A stretch of DNA of 64,000 bases from Phyllobates terribilis (Eukaryota), in contig NW_027362765.1 of assembly GCF_046119375.1 (NCBI RefSeq), forward strand, positions 352,532,001 through 352,596,000, written 5' to 3'. Within the stretch, counting starts at the first letter, position 1. Every line of letters begins with the position of its first letter. Positions 12,884 to 24,860 of this stretch are shown piece after piece. The notes under the pieces are model-generated. The model searched no databases and was not told the DNA's origin. It worked only from the letters and a program-made list of their open reading frames with translations. Made by a program: the position numbers and the translations under genes.

Positions 12884-13921
12884 ACCAGTGCTGGATTATA
12901 GGAGGAATCGGCGAGGACCAGCGCCGGATTATAGGAGGAATCGGTGAGGACCAGTGCCGGATTACTGGAAAATCAATGTAAAACCAGTGTCAGATTATAG
13001 GAGGAATCGGCGAGGACCAGTGCCGGATTACTGGAAAATCAATGTAAAACCAGTGTCAGATTATAGAAGGAATCGGCGAGGACCAGTGCCGGATTATAGG
13101 AGGAATCGGCGAAGACCAGCGCCGGATTATAGGAGGAATCGGCGAGGACCAGTGCTGGATTATAGGAGGAATCGGCGAGGACCAGTGCCGGATTATAGGA
13201 AGAATCGGTGAGGACCAGTGCCGGATTATAGGAGGAATCAGTGAGGACCAGTACCGGATTATAGGAGGAATCGGTGTGGACCAGTGCCTTATTATAGGAG
13301 GAATCGGTGAGGACCAGTGCTGGATTATAGGAGGAATCCGTGAGGACCAGTGCTGGATTATAGGAGCAATCGGTGAGGACCAGTGCCGGATTATAGGAGG
13401 AATCGGTGAGGACCAGTGCTGGATTATAGGAGGAATCGGTGAGGACCAGTGCCGGATTATAGGAGGAATCGGTGAGGACCAGTGCCGGATTATAGGAGGA
13501 ATCCGTGAGGACCAGTGCCGGATTATAGGAGGAATCGGTGAGGACCAGTGCCGGATTATAGGAGGAATCGGTGAGGACCAGTGCTGGATTATAGGAGCAG
13601 TCGGTGAGGACCAGTGCCGGATTATAGGAGCAGTCGGTGAGGACCAGTGCCGGATTATAGGAGGAATCGGTGAGGACCAGTGCCGGATTATAGAAGGAAT
13701 CCGTGAGGACCAGTGCTGGATTATAGGAGCAGTCGGTGAGGACCAGTGCCGGATTATAGGAGCAGTCGGTGAGGACCAGTGCCGGATTATAGGAGGAATC
13801 GGTGAGGACCAGTGCTGGATTATTGGAGCAGTCGGTGAGGACCAGTGCCGGATTATAGGAGGAATCGGTGAGGACCAGTGCCGGATTATAGGAGGAATCG
13901 GTGAGGACCAGTGCCGGATTA
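12884..13921 (+). repeat. Minisatellite E, 33-bp unit GGAGGAATCGGTGAGGACCAGTGCCGGATTATA
   Basis: About 30 tandem units; two early units carry a CTGGAAAATCAATGTAAAACCAGTGTCAG variant. Confidence 0.96.
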
Positions 13922-15879
13922 CGGGGAGCAATCCTTTTGTGTGTGGGTTCCTGGTAGCCACGTGATCACATTAGGAGTCACAGGGCTCAGTACACTACTC
14001 CGGGCCGCAGAGTCATGGTGACAGGAAGGGTCAGAGAGGGACAGAGGTAATGCTGGACGCCACACAAGTTGTTCCCCTTTACATAACAAGAACTCTCTGG
14101 ATAAATTGGGTGTAATTCACACAGTGTCTCTGCGCAGACAATAGAGGGGCCACGATTTAGGGGTCAGACTCCAAAATGTCCAGAGTAGAGAGTCCCTTTC
14201 AGTATATGAAAAGTGTGACACTGTAGCTTTAAGATAAAAAAAAAATATTGATACATATCAATAGTGATTGGAACTCAGGAGGATGAAGAAGCCAAAAACA
14301 TGGCATTAAAGGGGAAGTCACCCATATACCTATAAAGATGATGAACAAATGATGCCATCACCACTGCGGCCCCTTATTATACTGTATGGGGGTCCCCAAA
14401 CACCGAGCCGACCACTGTTATCACATGTCTGATTTATCACAAGATAGAGCGCACTTCCCCTTTAATTCAAGTCCAGTTCTGTGGGTATGAAGTTACTAAG
14501 TATCCAGTATCGAGCGGCATTAATGAGGCGCGAGGCACAAAATCGTTATCTGCCGGTTAATTGATCCTCTGCTTTCTTGTGAGCATTGCTTCATCTAGAG
14601 AACAGCTGCAGCCGCTCCGCGCCGGATCCGATACGACGGGAGATGGAGAGCATGGCGCCGATATAGTCAGCAGCGCTGTACGGTGCCGGGATCGCACCCA
14701 GCTTTCCCAGGAACCACAATTTAGTAATAACTGAACATAATTAACACTCAAACCAACAAGAGCGCGAAGGTCTAAACGCCGGCGGTAATGTCGCCTTCCT
14801 GCTCCTGTCATTTGGCGCGAGATCAGATCGGCGGCACTTTGGCGCTCGGCGCCTCCGACTAATGTCCTGCGCGGGGCGAGGACTCGGCGCTTCCTGACTC
14901 GTGTCGCGCACTTTCCGAGCCTGAATCACCTGGAGGAGCAGGTGTCGCTCGCTGCGTTAGCCGCCGCGCTATTTGCAGGATGTTCCTTAATGAAGATGAA
15001 AATGGCCGAGCTGATGGTGCTAATAGCGAGGTAATCACATTGTGCCGGCGATTCCGCGGCTCCGAGCCGCAGCACTTAGGTCATTTGCGCGTTGATGAAT
15101 CTTAAGTGTTTGTTGAACGCGGTCAGAGCCGCTTGTTGTCGGCAGCCATTAAAAAGCAGCGGCCTCAAGTGTCTCTTTGGAAAGCCGCAGCCGCCCCGCT
15201 CGTTCACCGCGCCTTTTATTATCTGACCAAAGTCAGGACGACGACTTCATCATTGACTGGTAAATTGCACGCGTCCAAATCTTCCGAGGAATTAACTGGA
15301 CGGCTGAGAAGAGGAGCACGTCTTATGTTCTGCTAAACACTGCGAAGTGCAGCGGAACGGAAGAACATTTAAAGGGAAACCGCCCCCAGAAAAACACAAG
15401 AAGAGGCAGAAGTCAGGGGACGAGTCTCAAGCCTTCTCATCCCCCCAAGTGTCGCTTTAGGGGTCTATATCCAGATTATCCGGCCATACATTATAACAAT
15501 ATAATCTCCGCCCCTTCGCAATTTACAATAAAGACACGTGTAGAAAATAATTATACAACCGCTGATAAATTGTAACAAGGAAAAGAAAACCATTAACATA
15601 ATTTAATTATTGTAAAAGTCTAATCGCAAACAGATGATCGCGCAGTCACACTTACTGATGTATGAAAGGCTCCCGTGCAGGGCCGCCACCGCCACACCGA
15701 GGCCATTAATCAGCGCATGGAGGCGAATCATAACCCTGCAAGCTTATGGCACTCACATCCATGATGAATAGTAAAAAGATGGCGGCAAGGCAAGTGCAAG
15801 ATATGCATTATAAGACGGTAAAGTAATCCGAGGAAGGAGAAAAACACAAAAGGGAGGAGGAAAATACAAAATAAACGAA

Positions 15880-16636
15880 TACTGCCCCTATATACAAAAA
15901 TATAACTACTATAACACTGCACATATGTACAAGAATATAACTACTATAATACTGCCCCCTATGTACAGGAATATAACTACTATAATACTGCTCCTATGTA
16001 CAAGAATATAACTACTATAATACTGCCTCTATGTACAAGAATATAACTACTATAATACTGCTCCTATGTACAAGAATATAACTACTATAATACTGCCCCT
16101 ATGTACATGAATATAACTACTATAATACTGCCACTATGTACAAGAATATAACTACTATAATACTGCTCCTATATACAAGAATATAACTACTATAATGCTG
16201 CCCCTATGTACAAGAATATAACTACTATAATACTGCCCCCTATGTACAAGAATTTATCTACTATAATACTGCCCCTATGGACAAGAATATAACTACTATA
16301 ATACTGCCCCTATGTACAAGAATATAACTACTATAATACTGCCCCCTATGTACAAGAATTTATCTACTATAATACTGCCTCTATGTACAAGAATATAACT
16401 ACTATAATACTGCCCACTATGCACAAGAATATATCTACTATAATACTGCTCCTATGTACAAGAATATAACTACTATAATACTGCCCCCTATGTACAAGAA
16501 TATAACTACTATAATACTGCCCCCTATGTACAAGAATATAACTACTATAATACTGCTCCTATGTACAAGAATATAACTACTATAATACTGCCCCCTATGT
16601 ACAAGAATATAACTACTATAATACTACCTCCTATAG
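15880..16636 (+). repeat. Minisatellite F, 35-36-bp unit ACTACTATAATACTGCCCCTATGTACAAGAATATA
   Basis: About 21 tandem AT-rich units. Confidence 0.96.
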
Positions 16637-16811
16637 TTATGTCACTGATTGAATTTGTCTTGCTATGTTTCAGATGTAATGATAGGAGTAGTTGTCCTCT
16701 ATATATTAATATATATACACAGGAGGCAGCACATGACATATTCACTGTGGTGGTCTTGTGGCTCAGGGCTGTGTGTTGAGAAAGATCTCAGTGATCAGTT
16801 CAGGTTTGGAT

Positions 16812-17920
16812 CTAGAGGACTATGTGGGACCCATTATACTGTATGGAGGACTATGTGGGGCCTATAATACTGTATGGAGGACTATGTGGGGCCATTATAC
16901 TGTATGGAGGACTATATGGGGCCATTATACTGTATGGAGGACTATGTGGGGCCCATTATACTGTATGGAGGACTATGTGGGGCCATTATACTGTATGGAG
17001 GACTATGTGGGGCCATTATACTGTATGGAGGACTATGTGGGGCCATTATACTATATGGAGGACTGTGTGGGGCCCATTATACTGTATGGAGGACTATGTG
17101 GGGCCATTATACTGTATGGAGGACTATGTGGGGCCATTATACTGTATGGAGGACTATGTGGGGCCCATTATACTGTATGGAGGATTATGTGGGGTCCATT
17201 ATACTGTATAGAGGACTATGTTGGGCCATTATACTGTATGGAGGACTATGTGGGGCCATTATACTGTATGGAGGACTATGTGGGGCCTATAATACTGTAT
17301 GGAGGACTATGTGGGGCCCATTATACTGTATGGAGGACTATGTGGGGCCCATTATACTGTATGGAGGACTATGTGGGGCCATTATACTGTATGGAGGACT
17401 ATGTGGGGCCATTATACTGTATGGAGGACTATGTGGGGCCTATAATACTTTATGGAGGAATATGTGGGGCCTATAATACTGTATGGAGGATTATGTGGGG
17501 CCCATTATTCAGTATGGAGGATTATGTGGGGCCCATTATTCAGTATGGAGGACTATGTGGGGCCCATTATTCTGTATGGAGGACTACGTGGGCCCTTTAT
17601 TCTGTATAGAGGACTATGTGAGCCCATTATACTGTATGGAGGACTACGTGGGCCCATTATTCTGTATGGAGGACTACGTGGGCCCATTATTCTGTATGGA
17701 GGACTATGTGGGGCCCATTATACTGTATGGAGGACTACGTGGGCCCATTATTCTGTATGGAGGACTACGTGGGCCCATTATTCTGTATGGAGGACTATGT
17801 GGGGCCCATTATACTGTATGGAGGACTACGTGGGCCCATTATTCTGTATGGAGGACTACGTGGGCCCATTATTCTGTATGGAGGACTATGTGGGGCCCAT
17901 TATACTGTATGGAGGACTAT
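16812..17920 (+). repeat. Minisatellite G, 30-31-bp unit ATGGAGGACTATGTGGGG(C)CCATTATACTGT
   Basis: About 36 tandem units. Confidence 0.96.
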
Positions 17921-18009
17921 TTGGTGCCGATAATACATAAAGCGGCCCACTGAGACTCTTTTCCCCAGGGTCCATGAACACCTGGAGCCGGCCCTGGGGT
18001 CATGTCCAG

Positions 18010-19020
18010 CCTCATCAGTGGGAAACCTCTACATGTGACCGTCATGTAAGTCTGTGCACCAACAGCAGACGAGGCAGAGCAGGACATTGAGGACTTCTAC
18101 GCTCAGGTTCAAGTAGATGGAACTATGAGTGAATCTGCTGAGGAGCATGTGCCATACAAGAAGTCCACACTAGGAGGGAACTGGATTCCTGCAACCACCC
18201 TGCAGATCGGCAGTAAGAGGAGAGAGGCCAAGGCTGAGGGCAAGCGGCAGGAGGCTACAGACAATCAATGCTAACGTCTAAAGAGAAACCAGGAAAGACT
18301 AGAAAAGCTTGAGTGCTGACCCACGAAGAAGCCTAGAAGAAGAACCAGATCACGGTGAAAGAAGTGATGAAGCCTTCCTTACCACGCCCAATAACCAAAG
18401 AAGAAAGAAGTGAGCGACCAGCGGGACATCAGGCAAGGGAGTCCTCATAAAGATCAACAATGAAGAAATGGAAATGGCCTCTTGTTAACCGCAAAGGTGG
18501 TTCAAGAGCTCAGATCAAGTGTGGATTAGCTCTGGCGCAGCCATGGTGAGCGTGGACAGAGTATGGAAGTGCAAGAACGTCTCAGTCATCGGCAAACGAA
18601 GGCCGATCACGGCACTTGTGACATATGGCTGCAAGACGTGGACACTCATACAAGGAGACAGAAGAAGAACTGATGCCATTGTGTTGGAGAAGACGACCGT
18701 GAATCCATGGACAGCGAGGATCACCAACAATGAAGTTCTTCATCAGAGAGATGTCCCTGGAAGGTGAGATCACCAGGTGGAGATCAGAGAGACCCAGCGT
18801 TGTCCCTGGAAGGTGAGATCACCAGGTGGAGATCAGAGAGACCCAGCGTTGTCCCTGGAAGGTGAGATCACCAGGTGGAGACGGACCTGTACTGGACACG
18901 TGAGGAGGAGATTCCCGGCGGGCCAAAGGATGGACATCATCAGCGAACCGAAGGAAGCCGCGAAAAACTGAGGAGCAGGCGAGAGCGGAGTGTCCAAGGG
19001 TGGGCCATGACGGAGAGAGG
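18010..19020 (+). mobile_element. Degenerate, internally deleted RTE-clade LINE remnant
   Basis: Translated fragments ISGKPLHVTVM*VCAPTADEAEQDIEDFYAQVQ (APE), RDIRQG (RT), VTYGCKTWTL...PWTARITN and SLEGEITRW...GHVRRR occur in RTE ORF order; motif identity is from recalled RTE/BovB consensus. Confidence 0.72.
18752..18877 (+). repeat. 49-bp tandem duplication (about 2.6 copies) inside the RTE remnant
   Basis: TGTCCCTGGAAGGTGAGATCACCAGGTGGAGA starts at 18752, 18801 and 18850. Confidence 0.9.
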
Positions 19021-19894
19021 CAGTCATCCATCCGTGGTGCAGCGACAGCGCTGGCCGCACGCTCCTGATTATCTTCATTACCTGGAGGATTATACGGGAG
19101 ATATAATCCAGGATCTGTCAGCAGTAATCCGCCATCTGTCAGCAGCGTCGGTCGCCTGTCACATTACTCCCTGAATCTTCTGTAATAATCTGCAGACGCT
19201 CAGGCCTGGAGATGTCGCTGCGATAACGATACAGAAATGCGCAGCATGACATGACGCACAACACCAGCGTATATATATATATCTACACGGCATCGTAATC
19301 TGACAGCGACTGATTATCAGGATGATTCATTATACAGGGAACCGGAGAAACCAGGAGAATGAGAGGGAACGGAGCAATATCCAGAGATCAATGGCGGACG
19401 GCTCGGAAACACACGGGCTCCTACACCGACGTGTGTGGATATATATATATATATATACTGTGGGGGTCCGCTCTGGTAGGCGAAGGCAGGACGCAGTAAG
19501 GGGCTCACGCAGGTTCCCAGTCCAGTGTTTTATTCACACTGGCGGCTGAACACACAGTCTGACATCAAACACAGCCAAAGTCCTTCTCGTTTCCACCACC
19601 TGGGTGAGGAGCCGGACGTGCCAGTCTGAACAGGTCCAATGCTGTCACAAAACCTCCCTCAGCTTTTACCAACCCCAAAAAACGTACTCTGAGGAGCTCT
19701 GGCCGAGTATTTATGCCGTCCTGAGGCCTTCAGCAATCCGGGCGCTGCCGCCCCAAAACCTCAGGATAGCAGAGACGGTCCAGGCCAGAAGATCACCTCC
19801 TTCCCTGCTGTATGCGAGAGGCACTTACTGGAAGGAACATGTCTCCCATCAACCACCATAACCCTCACTGCCTCATAATACCTGCAACCTGCAT

Positions 19895-20593
19895 ACACAG
19901 TACCACCTCTGCTGTATATATACACCGCACAGTACCACCTCTGCTGTATATATACACCGCACAGTACCACCTCTGCTGTATATATACACTGCACAGTACT
20001 ACCTCTGCTGTATATATACACCGCACAGTACCACCTCTGCTGTATATATACACCGCACAGTACCACCTCTGCTGTATATATACACCGCACAGTACCACCT
20101 CTGCTGTATATATACACCGCACAGTACCACCTCTGCTGTATATATACACCGCACAGTACCACCTCTGCTGTATATATACACCGCACAGTACCACCTCTGC
20201 TGTATATATACACCGCACAGTACCACCTCTGCTGTATATATACACCGCACAGTACCCCTCCTCCTGTATATATACACCGCACAGTACCACCTCTGCTGTA
20301 TATATACACCGCACAGTACCACCTCTGCTGTATATATACACCGCACAGTACCCCTCCTCCTGTATATATACACCGCACAGTACCACCTCTGCTGTATATA
20401 TACACTGCACAGCACCACTCCATATATACTCTGCACAGTACACCACTCCATATATACACTCTACAGTACCACTCCATATATACACTGCACAGCACCACTC
20501 CATATATACACTGCACAGTACCACTCCATATATACACTGCACAGTACCACTCCATATATACACTGCACAGTACCACTCCATATATACACTGCA
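19895..20593 (-). repeat. Minisatellite A array, 3' flank of copy B
   Basis: Reverse-complement units; 26-bp short variant next to the element, then a CAGCAGAGGTGGTACTGTGCGGTG variant. Confidence 0.95.
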
Positions 20594-21445
20594 GGTCTTT
20601 TTTTTATTGATAGAATAAGTACAGTACATGACAGAACAATAATACATTACAGGACACCGAACATAAGAACAAAACAAGACGACAAATCACAGAAAATAGA
20701 AACAAAATAAATCCCCCCAGGAATATATATATATATACAAGAAATAACTATTATAAAACCTATAAAACCCCCGGCCCAGCTTCATTCATACTACTATATA
20801 CAATCCCACACAACACTCACACCGTCCTATATACACATAAAACACCGTCCTATATACAAGATTATATACAATAAAACACTAAACCTAATATAACGTATAT
20901 ACAACCGGGAACTAACACTAACCTACTGGTCCCACTGCCTGACCTTACAGTCACCCCCTTACCGCACCTCATTCACACCACAGAAAACCAAAAATAACAA
21001 TATATACAATAGTGACATGAACAATTTTAAACTTTTTTTTTTTTTTTTTTTTGTATATTTTGTAATTTTTTAATATATATATATAAAACACAGACCTACA
21101 CTAACTATCCCGCCACCCCTGATCCAGCTCTGGCCACAAAGTTCAGGATTACTCCGAGCTAGGATCAGGCCCCAAAGTTTTTCCCCAGGCGGGGCCTGGA
21201 CCAGGCCAGATCAGTCCTCTTATCACCGCTGATGAAGAACCCCCCCCCCAAATCCCCCACCCAACCTAACTAAAACCCCCCATTATACATTATATACAAT
21301 ATATACAGAACACAACCTACACACTCACCATCCAAGGCTCAAGTTCGATGCCGGCAAACCTTCTATCCAGGAGACAGAAATACAAAACAAAAATCTAGGG
21401 TGGAAAGACATCGGCCCACCACCAGGATATAGGAGTACTACCAGA

Positions 21446-24400
21446 CTAAGGCACCCTGAAGGAAAAGCCCCTCCAGAGACGGGCCGCCCTCCGGGCACCC
21501 AGTCCTTCATACTCCAGAGAACGTACCTTCACCAGGTCACCTAGGATGTTCCTACAGACTTCATCTACATGGAGGATTTTACTCTGCGTCGAGACTAAAA
21601 CTCGTGCGTTCCACGTGAAATACCTCACTACTGCGCTGACTATGAATAAAGTGTCTCGGTCCCTTCTCCCAAGGTCTCCGAACGCTCCATAGGCCCACCC
21701 GGCGTAGGACAGAGTAGTCAGCCGCGGCCAACCAATGGAAGCCCCACCCTGTTGTACACCTCTGTATTAAAGGGACAATGAAGCAGGAAGTGCTCCATGC
21801 TTTCCAGCACGTTAGCACAAGCCTCACGGGGGCAATTCCTGTCCTCGGAGCTCCTGTACTTCAAATTGTCCCTCACATACAGCTTACCATGGAAGCAGCG
21901 CCAAGTCAAGTCCCAGTACTTCTCGGGGATCCTGCTAGAATTTAACAAACTCAACCCAACCTCCAGATCCCAACTTGGGCAGTCTTTGAGGGCCAATGGA
22001 CTCTGAAAATGAGAAAGCAAGACCCTCATATCGAGGAGTTTCCTCGGGAGGGACCTCACCTCCCACATTCCCAGACCCCACCGGCGGATCATTTTCAGAA
22101 CCGGGGTAACATAAGCCGGGAGATGCCCGTGTGGTGTGCGGAGATCCTTCACTCTTCCCCCTGTCTCCCATTCCTGGAAGAAAGGCTGAAACCATCCCTT
22201 GCAGGAGAATACCCACGGAGGAGCCCTCTCTTTCCAGAGGTTTGCCACATTCACTTTCAAGAAGGTGTTCACTAGGAACACCACGGGGTTCACCATATTC
22301 AAACCCCCTAGTCTCCTCGTGCGGTAAGTGACCTCCCGCTTGACTAGGTTCAGTCTGTTCCCCCATAACATCTGGAAGAACAGACTGTAGACCCATGTCC
22401 AGAGAGGCTCTGGCAAGACACAGACGCTGCCCAGGTAGATTAGCAAGGGGAGCAGGAAAGCTTTGCACAGGCCAACCCTTTCCCTCAGGGTCAAAGACCA
22501 ACCCCTCCATTGGTCCACTCTTTGGGCGACACCTTTGATTCTGCCTTCCCAGTTTTTCGTGGGGTAATCACCCTGGCCGAATTCGATGCCCAGGACTTTG
22601 GCATGTTCTTGGGGTTCGGGGAGGGTGTCCGGAAGATCAAACCCGGGATCTCCGCCTCCCAGCCAGAGACTCTCACACTTATCCTCGTTGACCTTGGACC
22701 CGGATGCCTCCGAGTAGCGCTCCACTTCTGACATCACCGCTGCTGCCTCCTCTTGCGAAGAAACAAAGACGGTGACATCGTCCGCGTAGGCCACCACCCT
22801 CAGGGTAGCCTCCGGCGCCGCCCCGCCCATCCGCACCCCCGCCAACGGTCCACAATCGATCCTTCTGAGGAAGGGATCGATCGCAAACGCGTAAAGCAAA
22901 GGGCTAAGAGGACAGCCCTGACGGACACCGGATCCTACCCCAAAAGGTCGTCCAATCCACCCATTCACCAGAGGGAAAGTCTCAGCCCCTGCATACAAGG
23001 TCTTAAGCCAGTCCACAAACCCTCCAGGCAGACCATACCTCAAAAGAGTGGACCAGAGGTACTCGTGGTTAACCCGATCAAAGGCTTTTGCCTGATCCAG
23101 GGTCAGCAAGAACCCCTTCCAGAGGCCCGCCCTGCCTTGCTCCACGGCCTCTCGGACACCTAGAACAGCACTAAAAGTGCTACGGCCAGGAACGCAACAG
23201 TGCTGAACCTCCGAAAGGAGCCGGGGTGCAAACTTCACCAGCCTGTTGAAAAGTATCTTAGCCAAAATCTTCCTGTCCACATTGAGAAGTGCTATGGGAC
23301 GCCAGTTCTCAATGCGTGACGGATCCTTACCCTTTGACAAAATGATCAAAGCTGACCTCCTTAATGATCTCGGCAGAGTGCCCGAGGAGAGACACTCGTT
23401 AAACACCTGAGTCAAGAGGGGGACCAAAGAGTCCCTAAAGGTCCTAAAGAACTCGGATGTTAAGCCATCCGGACCTGGCGACTTTTTGGGCCTAAGCCCA
23501 TCGATCGCCAGTCTCACTTCCTCTTCTTTGATCGCTTCTGCCAAATCGCCCAGCGAGAGGTCAGCCCCTGGCTCAGGAACGGATTCAGCCAGGAAAGCCG
23601 ACATCCCGTCACGATCAAGCTCCCTCCTTCCCAAGAGGTGCGAGTAGTAGGAACTGACGACCTCCAAGATCCCTGATCTGGACCTTCTCAGGGACCCCGT
23701 ACTGTCCACCAGCCCCGTCACTATCTTACTATTCACTGACATCTTACAGTTTCTGTAAGGGTCGGGCGAGCAGTACTTTCCGTAGTCCCTCTCGAAAACC
23801 AAAGATGCGTGCCTATCGTACTGACACCTCTTCAGCAAGGACTTCACTCTGGAGATCTCCTCGCGGCTACCTCCAGTCGAGACAAGATGCTCGAGTTTCC
23901 TCCTCAGGCTCTGATACAGGCGATCACTGTTCAGGCTTCTGAGGTTCGAGAGCTGCCGGAAGAATCTCGCCACCCGATGTTTGAACATCTCCCACCACTC
24001 TGACTTAGTGTTACTTAGGCCCAGCAATGGTACCTGGCTCTGAAAGAATTCCTCAAAATACCGTCTCACAGCTTCTTCCTCAATGAGTGACGAATTCAGC
24101 TTCCAATAGCCTCTTCCCATCCGAGGAGTCTCTGTAACATTCAGAGAAAACATAATCAAACAGTGATCGGAGAACTCCACCTCCACAACCGACAACGGTG
24201 AAGAGACGGCCTCCTCCTTCAAATAAAACCTATCTAGCCTAGACCTGCACTGACTACCTCTAAAAAAGGTGAATCCCGTGTCGCCCAGGTTGTGCCGGAT
24301 GTGGACATCCACCAGGCGAGCCTCACTCACTATCCTGTTTAACGCGACGCAGTCATAAGCCAGCCGGTCTCCGGAACCTCCTCTATCACAGGATCTCGTG

Positions 24401-24849
24401 ACATTGTTGAAATCCCCTCCGAAGACCACCTGCCGACTCGAAAATAAAAAAGGTTTGATCTTCAGGAAGAGACATTTGCGGTCCCACTTGGACTGGGAAC
24501 CATAGATGTTAATGAGCCGAAGCTCTTGTCCCCCCATGGAGACATCTAGGATCAAGCATCTCCCCATTTCTAATTCGATCACTCGTCTGCATTCAACCGC
24601 TGCGGTCTTAAAAAGGACCGCCACCCCGCTATACGGCTCGGCCGCAAGAGACCAGTAGGAGGGCCCATGCCTCCACTCCCGCCTTGCTTTATGCAAGGTT
24701 GATATATCGGTCAACCTGGTCTCCTGCAAAAACAAAATGTCGGCGTCAAGTTGGCCGAGAAAATGAAAGGCCGTGTACCTTGCCGCATCTGACTTTATGC
24801 TGCAAACATTAATAGTTGCCAGCGTCAACGGGGTGGGTGCCGCCATCAT
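21446..24849 (-). pseudogene. ORF2 of copy B (APE-RT-CCHC) with a 1-bp frameshift near the C-terminus
   Basis: APE motifs TINVCSIK, LQET, GGDFN, SRLDRF and SDH; RT YADD; GGTGGGGC (4 G) near 21743 versus GGTGGGGGC (5 G) in the other copies truncates the ORF at 1043 aa. This could be a homopolymer sequencing error. Confidence 0.85.
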
Positions 24850-24860
24850 GATTGATTGAA

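Noticed and set aside
6729-17920. Regularly spaced 22-36-bp repeats superficially like CRISPR arrays
   Set aside because: The units are directly adjacent with no unique spacers, there are no cas genes, and the context is eukaryotic
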